Shown here one piece after another: positions 47,844 through 56,723 of a stretch of 64,000 nt of DNA (position 1 is the first letter of the stretch; each line of letters opens with the position of its first letter). The translations under genes were made by a program, and so were the position numbers. The DNA lies in the NCBI GenBank assembly GCA_045862955.1, contig BTVI01000003.1, positions 32,001 to 96,000 on the forward strand, written 5' to 3'. Under the pieces are notes generated by a model. It had not been told where the DNA came from. It ran no database searches and was given only the letters and a program-made list of their open reading frames with translations. Source of the stretch: Fimbriimonadales bacterium (lineage in GTDB: Bacteria > Armatimonadota > Fimbriimonadia > Fimbriimonadales > JABRVX01).

Positions 47844-48351
47844 GGAGTTCGCCGCATTCCTCTCTGGTCTCGTTATGCGGTCCATCAGGATTGTGCGCTG
47901 CGAGGCCGAGGTTGCATCGCGCCCGGCAACTGACGACTCTCAGGCCCTGCTGGAATTCGGCGAGGACGCCGAGCTGGTGACTTGCGAGGATCGAATCGCC
48001 GTGGTCCATGCAACGTACGGGGTGCGCCTCATTGTGCTTGGAGCCGACGGTGTGCCAGAGGGACAGCCGGCTGCCGAGCTCACCGTAACGTATCGAGTGG
48101 AGTACGACGTGGAGTCCCCGATGACAGAAGACATCTTCGCGGAGTTCCGTAAGGTCACCTTGCGCTTGCACACGATACCGTTTGCTCGTGAGTGGATACG
48201 CGAGACTTCAGCTCGAATGGGCATCAGACCGATCTTGCTGCCGTTGGCGCTGTCGCACCCCGCTGCCGTACCGCATCGGCCAGCGCCTGGGTCAGGCAGC
48301 CCGACGCGAGGAAAGCGAGTGCGGGCGAGCCGAAGGCCGGCTGTTGATTGA
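47806..48351 (+). CDS. SecB-like chaperone
   Basis: Beta-rich core then PFAREWIRETSARMGIRPILLP (SecB P-F/Y-x-R...G.PP..LP pattern); GGAGGTGA RBS within the hicB 3' end. Confidence 0.75.
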   Translation: MVATGVSSPVSAEEFAAFLSGLVMRSIRIVRCEAEVASRPATDDSQALLEFGEDAELVTCEDRIAVVHATYGVRLIVLGADGVPEGQPAAELTVTYRVEYDVESPMTEDIFAEFRKVTLRLHTIPFAREWIRETSARMGIRPILLPLALSHPAAVPHRPAPGSGSPTRGKRVRASRRPAVD

Positions 48352-48535
48352 GAGTGTTCCATGCCCCGAGCCTCCGGCTGCGGGGCCGGCAGGTGACCTT
48401 TCTCCCTCGGCGAAGCCCAGCAGCCGAGCGTCGGGGCTTCCTACGCTCCTGCGACGGCGCGGTCCCTGCCTCCCCGACCCCGGTCGGTCACAGCCAGTAG
48501 CCCGGGACGCGGCCCGGGGCATAGAGGCCTGAAGC

Positions 48536-49543
48536 CTACCCCCACCGGTCGAAGAGGCTGCTGACGGACATGTCGAGGTGCACGCGGCGGATGGCTTCGG
48601 CGAGAAGCGGAGCGGCGGGGAGCACCGTCAGTTTCGGGAAGCGCTTCGTACGATCGATCGGCACCGTATCCGTGCACACCACCAGCGAGATGCCCGAGGA
48701 CTCCAGCCGCTTCGGCGCATCGCCGGAAAGCACTCCGTGCGTGCAGCACGCCACCACGTCGACCGCGCCCCGGTGGAACAGCGCATCGGCGCCCTGAACG
48801 ATGGAGCCCGCCGTGTCGATCATGTCGTCTATCATGATGCACGTCTTGCCTTCCACCTCGCCAATGATCTCCATGATGTCCACCTTGTTCGGTTCCGGGC
48901 GGCGCTTGGCGATGATAGCGATAGGCGCACCGAGCTGCTCCGCGAGCCTCCGCGCCCGTGGCACGCCCGCCACGTCCGGTGACACCACCACCGTGTCCCG
49001 TAGGTGCATCTCGTGTTCTATCAGGTACTGCCCGATCAGCGGCCCCGCATACAGGTGGTCCACCGGCAGGTCGAAGAATCCCTGAATCTGGTCTGCGTGC
49101 AAATCCACGCACATGATGCGGTCTGCGCCTGCGTTGGTGATCAGATTCGCCACCAGGCGCGCGCTAACCGGCTCACGGGGCTTAACTTTCTTGTCTTGGC
49201 GCGCATATCCGTAATAGGGCATCACCACCGAGATGCGCCGCGCAGAGGCCCGACGGAACGCATCCAGCATGATCAGCAGTTCCATCAGGTTGTCGTTCAC
49301 GGGCGCGCACGTGGGCTGAATGATGAACACGTCGTCCCCGCGCGTGCTCTCTTCGATCTGGACGCGTATCTCGCCGTCCGAAAAGCGTGAACATCGGATC
49401 TGTCCCAACGTGGTCCCTAACGACTCGGCAATGCGCTCCGACAGCTCCGGGTTGGCGTTGCCGGTGAAGAGTTTCATTCCGGTCGGTTCGCCGATATCCA
49501 TGTGGATCGCCGCCTGGGCTTTGCCTATTGTTTGGTCCGCCAT
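48536..49543 (-). CDS. prs: Ribose-phosphate pyrophosphokinase
   Basis: FSDGE, PYYGYARQD, DLHADQIQGFF, VSPD, DDMIDTAGS. Confidence 0.96.
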   Translation of the reverse strand: MADQTIGKAQAAIHMDIGEPTGMKLFTGNANPELSERIAESLGTTLGQIRCSRFSDGEIRVQIEESTRGDDVFIIQPTCAPVNDNLMELLIMLDAFRRASARRISVVMPYYGYARQDKKVKPREPVSARLVANLITNAGADRIMCVDLHADQIQGFFDLPVDHLYAGPLIGQYLIEHEMHLRDTVVVSPDVAGVPRARRLAEQLGAPIAIIAKRRPEPNKVDIMEIIGEVEGKTCIMIDDMIDTAGSIVQGADALFHRGAVDVVACCTHGVLSGDAPKRLESSGISLVVCTDTVPIDRTKRFPKLTVLPAAPLLAEAIRRVHLDMSVSSLFDRWG

Positions 49544-50898
49544 TTCCGTGCCCACTCCTCTTTGTTCACTTGCCGGGCCCTGCCGATTGCCAGTGCATCC
49601 GGCTCGACGTCCTCGGTGATCGTGGAGCCCGCCGCCGTAAAGGCTCCGTCCCCGATCTGCACCGGTGCAACGAGCGTACTGTTCGAGCCGATGAACACGC
49701 CTTTGCCGATTACCGTCCGGTGCTTTCGCTTCCCATCGTAGTTGCAGGTGATAGTGCCCGCCCCGATGTTAGTGTCCGACCCGACCGTCGCATCTCCCAC
49801 GTACGCGAGGTGCCCGATGCTCACATCGTCTCCAATCTGGGAGTTCTTCAACTCCACGAAATCCCCTATCGAGCAGTTGCGTCCGACCTTTGTTCCCGGT
49901 CGCAGATGAGCAAACGGGCCGACCCGAGTACCGAAACCGATCTCGCTCTCCACCACGTTGCTGCTCAGGACGGTGGCGCCGTCCTCCACGATGCCGTCCA
50001 CGATTCGCGTCCCTGGGCCGATCGTGCAGTTGCGCCCGATGCGTGTCGTCCCCTTAATGCAGCACCCCGGCTCTACGACGGTGTCCGGGCCGATCTGGAC
50101 GTCCATGTCCACATAGCTGTTCTTCGGGTCGGTGATGGTCACGCCGCTCGTCGCCAGATCCTTCAGCTTGCGCATCCGCAGGACTTCGGCTGCCTGACTT
50201 AGTTGCCAGCGGTCGTTCACACCCATCAGCAGCGTGGGATCCGGCGTTGTCCAAGTAGCCACACGGTAGCCGGCTGCTGCAGCGAGGCCGATGATGTCCG
50301 TGAGGTAGTACTCTTGCTGTGCGTTGTCCGCTTTGAGTCGTGGCAGCAGGTCGGCCAACAACGCCACCTCGAAGCAATAGAGCGAGGTGCAGACTTCCTT
50401 GATTAGGCGCTGCTGGGGTGTGCAGTCGCGCTCTTCGACGATCCCCACCGGCTCTCCCGCCTGGTTTCGCAGCACGCGCCCGTAGCCCGTCGGGTCGTCG
50501 TACTGGCACACCGCAAAGGTGAGCTGCGCCCCCATCTCCTCGTGAGTTCTCAGCAGCGAGGTCAACATCTCGCCGGTCACTAGCGGTGCGTCGCCGGGCA
50601 TCGTCAGGGCGCGCGTGGCACCCTGGTTGCGTAGCGCGGGAAGCGCTTGCATCAGAGCATGCCCTGTCCCCAGTTGCTCGCTCTGGGCAGCGTAGTCGTT
50701 CTGAGGGCCGAGCACATCCTGCACTCGCTCGGCACCGTGCCCGACAACGACGATGGGGCGGGGAACGCCTGCCGAGCGCATCGCGCGCACGCAGTGCTCG
50801 GTCAGAGGGATGCCACAGACAGGGTGGAGGGCTTTGGGTAGCTCGGACACCATGCGCGTGCCTTTGCCTGCGGCGAGGATCACTCCGGACAGTGTCAA
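49525..50898 (-). CDS. glmU: Bifunctional UDP-GlcNAc pyrophosphorylase / acetyltransferase
   Basis: LAAGKGTRM, QLGTGHA, EYYLTD, GPFAHLRP, NYDG, hexapeptide repeats. Confidence 0.96.
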   Translation of the reverse strand: MTLSGVILAAGKGTRMVSELPKALHPVCGIPLTEHCVRAMRSAGVPRPIVVVGHGAERVQDVLGPQNDYAAQSEQLGTGHALMQALPALRNQGATRALTMPGDAPLVTGEMLTSLLRTHEEMGAQLTFAVCQYDDPTGYGRVLRNQAGEPVGIVEERDCTPQQRLIKEVCTSLYCFEVALLADLLPRLKADNAQQEYYLTDIIGLAAAAGYRVATWTTPDPTLLMGVNDRWQLSQAAEVLRMRKLKDLATSGVTITDPKNSYVDMDVQIGPDTVVEPGCCIKGTTRIGRNCTIGPGTRIVDGIVEDGATVLSSNVVESEIGFGTRVGPFAHLRPGTKVGRNCSIGDFVELKNSQIGDDVSIGHLAYVGDATVGSDTNIGAGTITCNYDGKRKHRTVIGKGVFIGSNSTLVAPVQIGDGAFTAAGSTITEDVEPDALAIGRARQVNKEEWARKWRTKQ

Positions 50899-50924
50899 AA
50901 CCGTGTGGCTCCTTACAGTGACGG

Positions 50925-50998
50925 TGGCTGGCGGGGGAGGATTCGAACCTCCACAAGCAGAACCAAAATCTGCTGTCCTGCCCTTAGACGACCCGCCA
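50925..50998 (-). tRNA. tRNA-Gln (anticodon TTG)
   Basis: TGGCGGG acceptor stem, GCAGA-TTTTGGT-TCTGC anticodon arm, GGTTCGAATCC T-arm, encoded CCA; TATAAT upstream. Confidence 0.96.
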
Positions 50999-51108
50999 GT
51001 GCGCCTGGATTATACCGTTGTAGGCGATACCCCCCGACTTGCCCAAATAGCGATGGGGAGCCGCAAGGAGCAGCTCCCCGAAAGGTTCGGCGTGTTCGCC
51101 GACAAGGG

Positions 51109-51783
51109 CTATCGGTTGCGACGCCCTCGGAACATGCGGAGCCCGATCAGGCCTAGACCAACGGTTACGAGCGTTGCAGGCTCAGGAACGAGACCTGGGA
51201 CGTACACACCGACGTTCTGACCCGAGTATCCGCCACCGGATGCAGTTGCGACCCAAAGGATCCCCGCATCGGGCTCGTACAGGCTGTGGATTTGGAACAT
51301 CAGCGCGGTGTCGGCTACGTCGGGTGACGCACTGCCTACGCGTATTGCGCTCGAGGTGGTTCCAGCCCACTCGGCATCTCCAGCAGCTTCATCTCCGATG
51401 AAAAACCACGGGATGAAGTTGACTCCCCCGCCCTTGCCACCGCCGTTACCGAGGTTTACGAATGGCGAGATATCGGTCAAGCCGAAATAGGTGATTGCGC
51501 CAGGAACACCGGTGATGCTGCTGCCCGACACGTTCCGAATTCTATAAGAGTAGAAGTAGCCAGGATCGCCCACATGAGTGAACGCCCAGTAGTCGACATA
51601 GACATCCCCGAGGGAGACCCCCGGAACAGGATCGAGCAACACGGAACCCTGGTACAGGATATTTACGTTGGGGTCCAAAGCATCGGGGTCGACATACGAT
51701 ACAGCGCCCGCCTGGACAACGAGACCAGACAGGGCGACCGTAATCAACGTCCCCCAAAACAACCTTCTCACGGACACGGCCAT
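51109..51783 (-). CDS. PEP-CTERM sorting-domain surface protein
   Basis: Signal peptide; C-terminal VPEPATLVTVGLGLIGL + RMFRGRRNR. Confidence 0.92.
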   Translation of the reverse strand: MAVSVRRLFWGTLITVALSGLVVQAGAVSYVDPDALDPNVNILYQGSVLLDPVPGVSLGDVYVDYWAFTHVGDPGYFYSYRIRNVSGSSITGVPGAITYFGLTDISPFVNLGNGGGKGGGVNFIPWFFIGDEAAGDAEWAGTTSSAIRVGSASPDVADTALMFQIHSLYEPDAGILWVATASGGGYSGQNVGVYVPGLVPEPATLVTVGLGLIGLRMFRGRRNR

Positions 51784-52161
51784 CGCGTACCTCCTTGATG
51801 TTCGCGATAGTTCCGGGAGTTCGGCACAACGATCACTTCGGCCGTCTAAAACTCTCCTTCAAACTATTCGCGCTGGACCAGACTGTTAAAAGCAATTGGA
51901 GACATGGGGCAATTTCCCCAGTCTCCCAGGTTGCGGCCAAAAACAACGTAGTCAGAGCTAGCTCGTGACCGCGACTTACATAGGCTGCGCGGCTGCCGTA
52001 TCCCTCGGACGGCTTTGCGCCGACCGGGCGGCTCACCACTATTCTACACCAAGTTCCCCCCAATTGGTACAGGAGCGGCGGAAAAAAGGGATAAAACCGT
52101 GTCGATCCTCAGGAGCACAGACCCGTGCGCAGCCTCGTTCTGAGCGGGTACCGTGCTCTCG

Positions 52162-53193
52162 ATGAGTCACATGCTGGACGAGATGAGCGAACAGCCTCGG
52201 ATTCTGCGCGGCGCCGTGGACAGGCTGTGGCAGCGCTCGGTGGCAGCGGCGAAGGCTGCCAGGAGCTGCCCATTCGTGGTGATCGCTGCTCGCGGAACCT
52301 CGGACCACGCCGCTACCTACGCCAAGTACCTGCTCGAAATCCGTTGCGGCATGCCGGTCGCGTTGGCGGCGCCGAGCGTCCTCACGTTGTACGGTGCACG
52401 GCTCCGTCAAAAGGGGTCGCTGGTTGTTGGCATTTCCCAGTCCGGTGCCGCCCCCGACGTGACGGCGGTCGTCCAGGAAGCAAGACGGGCAGGCGCGGTG
52501 ACCTTGGCCATCACCAACGAGGAGCAAAGTCCGTTGGCGCAGGCAGCGGCGCACCTGTTGCCGCTGGGCGCAGGACGCGAGCGTTCGGTCGCGGCTACCA
52601 AGACCTATACGGCCACTCTGGGGGCGCTGTTGGTCTTTGCGCACGCTCTGGTAGGTATGGAGCCTCCCAAACGCGAGATCGAGGCAGCGGCCGACGCGGT
52701 GGAATCTGCCCTAAAGGCGGCTCCTGAGATCGAGCGTATCGCGGAACGGTTCCGCTTCATGGAAGAGTGCGTTGTGCTCGGTCGTGGCTACAACTATGCC
52801 ACTGCTCTCGAGACTGCACTGAAGATCATCGAGACGAGCTACGTAATGGCGAAATCCTACTCTGCCGCCGATTTCATGCATGGCCCGATGGCGCTACTGC
52901 GACAAGGCTTTCCGTGCCTAATGATGGCCAACTCGGGTCCGAGTCTGCCTGCGGTCCGGGAGCAAGCCACCAAGCTGCTCGAGCGCAAGGCCGAGCTGAT
53001 GGTGTTCTCCGATGACGAGGAGATGCTGCGGCTGGCACGAGTGCCCATGCGAGTGCCCTTCTCGATCCCGGACGAGCTGGCGCCGATCGCGTATGTCGTC
53101 TATGGGCAGCTATTCGCCTACTACTTGGCAAAGACGCGTGGGCTGAATCCGGACAGGCCTCGGGCGCTCAGAAAGGTGACCCGCACGCTCTGA
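52162..53193 (+). CDS. Double-SIS sugar-phosphate isomerase/deaminase (GlmS C-terminal-like, no glutaminase domain)
   Basis: EQP, ARGTS, SQSG, VAATKTY, E.ALK..E, HGP, L.KVT.T. Confidence 0.88.
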   Translation: MSHMLDEMSEQPRILRGAVDRLWQRSVAAAKAARSCPFVVIAARGTSDHAATYAKYLLEIRCGMPVALAAPSVLTLYGARLRQKGSLVVGISQSGAAPDVTAVVQEARRAGAVTLAITNEEQSPLAQAAAHLLPLGAGRERSVAATKTYTATLGALLVFAHALVGMEPPKREIEAAADAVESALKAAPEIERIAERFRFMEECVVLGRGYNYATALETALKIIETSYVMAKSYSAADFMHGPMALLRQGFPCLMMANSGPSLPAVREQATKLLERKAELMVFSDDEEMLRLARVPMRVPFSIPDELAPIAYVVYGQLFAYYLAKTRGLNPDRPRALRKVTRTL

Positions 53194-53208
53194 TCCAAAC
53201 ATGAGCAA

Positions 53209-53232
53209 GGGCCCGGTGCTTTCACCGGGCCC
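53209..53232. terminator. Hairpin between convergent genes
   Basis: GGGCCCGGTG-CTTT-CACCGGGCCC perfect stem. Confidence 0.65.
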
Positions 53233-53251
53233 CGCCACGTCAGCGATTAGC

Positions 53252-54139
53252 CTACTGAGTTATATCCCACTTGTACGCGTCAATGTCCGTGATCGGACCC
53301 GCGTAGTTCGCGACCACATTCGGCACGCCCGCCGCGATCTGCTGGATGGTCATGGACTTGGCATGTCCGTCCACGAACACCGTGGTGCACTTATCGGTGT
53401 GCCACGGCCAGCAGCCACCGAAAACATCCCAGGCATTCGGAAGCTCTGGGTGCCAACCCGTGTATGGGTAGTAATTGTTGCCCGGTAGCGGCCAGGTGTC
53501 CACGCGCGTTCCGTCCGGCTTTACCCACGTACGGGCAGGCGGAATGGCGATCCAGTTGCCGCCACCGAACGGCTTGCCGCTGGCATCTCTGTTCCACACC
53601 GTGTCGATGTGGAGGAACGTGTTGGCGGTCGAAGCGATGCGCCCTTCCTTCGTCGGAACGGAGCCCCAACCTGACGAAGTGGAATACACCGGGCTCAGAT
53701 AATATGAGTTCATCCCGACGTTAGTGCGCAGCGACCACTCGTAGTTGCGTTCCCAGCGGTTGGCCGGTGGCGGGCATTCGCCTTCGTTGCCGTGCTGGGT
53801 TAGCTCCTTGTCGTTGGCAGTCGGGTCAGACGGGCAGCGAAAGACTGTCCACTCCTTCACGTAGCCCTGAAGGGACGTTACCCAGACTTGGTCTCTGTAG
53901 TCGTACGAACACCCCGCCCATGCTGCGGTGTGATTGGTGAGGACGAACTTGCCGTTATTGTCACCGCGATACTGCGCTTGGGCAATCGCGACCTGCTTGT
54001 AGTTCGAGATGCACTGCGAGACCTTGGCGGCTTTGCGAGCCTGTGAGAATACAGGGAATAGGATTGCAGCAAGAATCGCGATAATTGCGATGACAACCAG
54101 CAGCTCGATAAGCGTGAAACCGGTCCTTTTCATGATCAT
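53252..54139 (-). CDS. Prepilin-type N-terminal / H-X9-DG protein
   Basis: [39 protein letters not shown]. Confidence 0.92.
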   Translation of the reverse strand: MIMKRTGFTLIELLVVIAIIAILAAILFPVFSQARKAAKVSQCISNYKQVAIAQAQYRGDNNGKFVLTNHTAAWAGCSYDYRDQVWVTSLQGYVKEWTVFRCPSDPTANDKELTQHGNEGECPPPANRWERNYEWSLRTNVGMNSYYLSPVYSTSSGWGSVPTKEGRIASTANTFLHIDTVWNRDASGKPFGGGNWIAIPPARTWVKPDGTRVDTWPLPGNNYYPYTGWHPELPNAWDVFGGCWPWHTDKCTTVFVDGHAKSMTIQQIAAGVPNVVANYAGPITDIDAYKWDITQ

Positions 54140-54157
54140 GTTCGTAGTCCTTTGCGT

Positions 54158-54394
54158 TTAGCGTCGGCTCTTGTCGCCTGCACCAGGGAATGGTGGAGGC
54201 GTGCCGTACAGCTGATTGTTGTCCAGAACGTCTTTCGAGTTCGGGTCACTCGGCGGCATCAGGTTCGTGACGTCCGATGGGCTGTCCGTAGCAGGAGCCA
54301 TGCGTACCGCAGCAAACCAGACCCCGACCCCGACTATCGCGAGGATGACGACGATACCAATAACCTTACCCGCGGTGGTATCAAAGAAGCTCAT
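54158..54394 (-). CDS. Small single-TM protein between two prepilin-like genes
   Basis: AAGGAGG RBS, N-terminal TM, Pro-rich tail. Confidence 0.7.
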   Translation of the reverse strand: MSFFDTTAGKVIGIVVILAIVGVGVWFAAVRMAPATDSPSDVTNLMPPSDPNSKDVLDNNQLYGTPPPFPGAGDKSRR

Positions 54395-54421
54395 AATAGC
54401 CTCCTTCTTCGAGAGGCGACC

Positions 54422-55324
54422 CTAATCCTGCAAGTCCCAAATGTACGCGGACTGGTCGCTGATCAACCCGTCCCAGTTCTGAAGGCGAGAACACCCCGCA
54501 GTGAGTTCATCTGGCATCAAGCGCCGAACGTGGCCGTCGGCGAATACGACCGTGAACCCGCCGTTGTGCCAGTTCCACGCACCACCATAATAGTTGCTCG
54601 ACTTCGGATCCGACTCCCATCCCTTCGGGGCCATTCGCCAATAGTATTCGTTCTGCCAGACGACCCGTGGGAAAGTGTCCCGATTCACTGCGTTGGCAGC
54701 CAGATATCGGCAAGGAGGAACCACGACCCACTGACCCCCGCCGAATGGGCGACCTAGATGATCCCGGCCCCACACGCTGTCCACGAAAACGAGCGTCCTC
54801 GCAGGGCTGGCGATGCTAGAAAAGCGGTTGGGAAACGCCATCCAGCCAAGCGTCACATCTCGCACGAGGGGTGAGAGGTACATGAAGTTGAACCCCAAGT
54901 TCGTTCGCAAGGACCGAACGTAAAACTCGCCCCAGTCGTCGTCAGGCGCCGCATCCACGTCGTCCCAACGCCCGACGCGAGCCGGTGTTGCACGTCCAGT
55001 GTCACCGGGGCATTCGAACACGTCTACCGACCTGGTGTACGGGTAGAGAACCTGGACCCACGTTCGGTCGTCGGGGTCGACTCTCTCGGGGATGTAAGCG
55101 TGGTAATTGGTGGGCGGGAACCGATCGCTGTACTCGTCCATGTACATCCGCAGAGCCTTCAGCACAGCGCTGAAGTTCTCGGCGCACGAGGCACGGATCG
55201 CAGCACCGCGCGCAGCGCTCATGACAGGAAACAGCAGCGCCGCGAGGATGGCTATCACCGCCACGACGACGAGAAGCTCCACCAGCGAGAAGGCCTGCCG
55301 ATGCCTCAGGTTATCGCCTCCCAC
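54422..55324 (-). CDS. Prepilin-type N-terminal / H-X9-DG protein (paralog of 53252)
   Basis: A|FSLVELLVV; WHNGGFTVVFADGH; shares SLRTN.G.N..YLSP and PFGGG.W with its neighbour. Confidence 0.9.
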   Translation of the reverse strand: MGGDNLRHRQAFSLVELLVVVAVIAILAALLFPVMSAARGAAIRASCAENFSAVLKALRMYMDEYSDRFPPTNYHAYIPERVDPDDRTWVQVLYPYTRSVDVFECPGDTGRATPARVGRWDDVDAAPDDDWGEFYVRSLRTNLGFNFMYLSPLVRDVTLGWMAFPNRFSSIASPARTLVFVDSVWGRDHLGRPFGGGQWVVVPPCRYLAANAVNRDTFPRVVWQNEYYWRMAPKGWESDPKSSNYYGGAWNWHNGGFTVVFADGHVRRLMPDELTAGCSRLQNWDGLISDQSAYIWDLQD

Positions 55325-55505
55325 ACTCGATTCGAGAACAGTATATCAAAAGTCCCGGTTTTCTACAAGAGCCGCCGCGCAAGATGCTGCTGATTCGTAC
55401 TCGCCGTCATCCCACTCCCAGCAAATTAATCGGTGCCAAGTAACCGAATCTCGATCACTCTTGAACCAGGAAGCCGCAGCCCTGGCTCGGCAGAGGCAGT
55501 CCACT

Positions 55506-56723
55506 TCATAGCACGAAGTGCCAGACGACGCCCGGAACGGTTCTCCTCGGGTGCGCAACGGCTCCGACCGAAAACCCCAATGGCCCCCTCCAGCCTGCGA
55601 AGAGAACTGGACCCCGTGTGGTCAAGAAGCCGCTCGCATAGAAGTCCCCGCGCGAGTTCGAGCGCCACAAGTCCAAGCCCGCCGCAACCTGCAGCCCAGA
55701 CTCTCGATCGAGCATCAAGCCGATCCGAACCGTCGGAGCACCGATGGAACTCGGCGGCGAATACGTTTCGCCAGAAAACCTCGCTGCGAAGAAGTCCGCA
55801 ACCACTCGGAGTAGCCTGCGCTCCACGAAGACCGCTCCGTAGTGCCCCGTCTCCAGCCAGAGCATCGGGGGACTACCTAGTGCCTTGTGCAACTTCTCCG
55901 TGTCCGTCGCCGGAACTACCGTGTCGAACATCGCGCCAACCAGCAGAACGCGCTCGCCCATCTCCGCGTTCACGTACGACAACGGTTCGACGTCCTTAAG
56001 GCGGGAACGCAAGCGCTCCTCCGTCCACCCGTTGCGACGCAACACCTCTCGGACGGAAATCGAAAGGGAGCTGTTCCACAGGATATGCGCAACATCTCCG
56101 CCCCCGAGCAGAAACACTCCGAACCGGAGCCTAGGCTCGGCTGCCATGCCTAGCGAAGCGATGATGGCTCCGAGACTGACCCCTAGGACGCCGATGCGCT
56201 CTGCATCAATGAAGCTCTGAGCTTCCGCCCAGTCCACGGCACGCCGTAGGTCGGAAACTGATTGGCGCACCATCTCCTCGAATGCGCCAACGTCGGGTCG
56301 CAGTGCCAGCGCCCCGCTGCGATACCCCGGCGGGCTGCGCTCAATGTGATAGGGAAGCGTGACCAGCAGCGCCGCCATCCCGCGATCGTTCAGTCGCTTT
56401 GCGATGCGCTCCTCGAGGAAGTGGTCCGCGACGCCCAGCCCGTGCAACAGGATCACTGTGGGCATCGGTTCCTCGGCCCCCGCTGGGCGGATCAGCCGCG
56501 CTCGCACGATGTCGTTCTCCGGCCACTCGGTCTGATGTGCCGAGGGGAAGCTGACCTCCAAGAACCCTGCCTTCTGCACGGTCTGTGCATTGAACTCCTT
56601 GGGAGGCGCCGGAAATGTGTCGGCGGCGGACTGGCTCCATGCCGCTGCAACGCACAGCGCGGCCGCGGCAGGAAGCAGCGCACGGAGAGGTAACAGGATG
56701 GAAGATGCAGGAGGTGTCCCCAT
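55506..56723 (-). CDS. Secreted alpha/beta-hydrolase with a C-terminal beta-strand-rich tail
   Basis: LHG, GVSLG nucleophile elbow, D..VP, GH; start codon uncertain. Confidence 0.78.
   Translation of the reverse strand: MGTPPASSILLPLRALLPAAAALCVAAAWSQSAADTFPAPPKEFNAQTVQKAGFLEVSFPSAHQTEWPENDIVRARLIRPAGAEEPMPTVILLHGLGVADHFLEERIAKRLNDRGMAALLVTLPYHIERSPPGYRSGALALRPDVGAFEEMVRQSVSDLRRAVDWAEAQSFIDAERIGVLGVSLGAIIASLGMAAEPRLRFGVFLLGGGDVAHILWNSSLSISVREVLRRNGWTEERLRSRLKDVEPLSYVNAEMGERVLLVGAMFDTVVPATDTEKLHKALGSPPMLWLETGHYGAVFVERRLLRVVADFFAARFSGETYSPPSSIGAPTVRIGLMLDRESGLQVAAGLDLWRSNSRGDFYASGFLTTRGPVLFAGWRGPLGFSVGAVAHPRRTVPGVVWHFVL

Noticed and set aside
50925..50998. tRNA-Gln as an integration site for the TAC module or PEP-CTERM gene
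   Set aside because: No duplicated tRNA 3' end and no integrase seen; tRNA-Gln-glmU-prs is intact.
52162..53193. glmS
   Set aside because: Lacks the N-terminal Cys glutaminase domain; only SIS domains are present.
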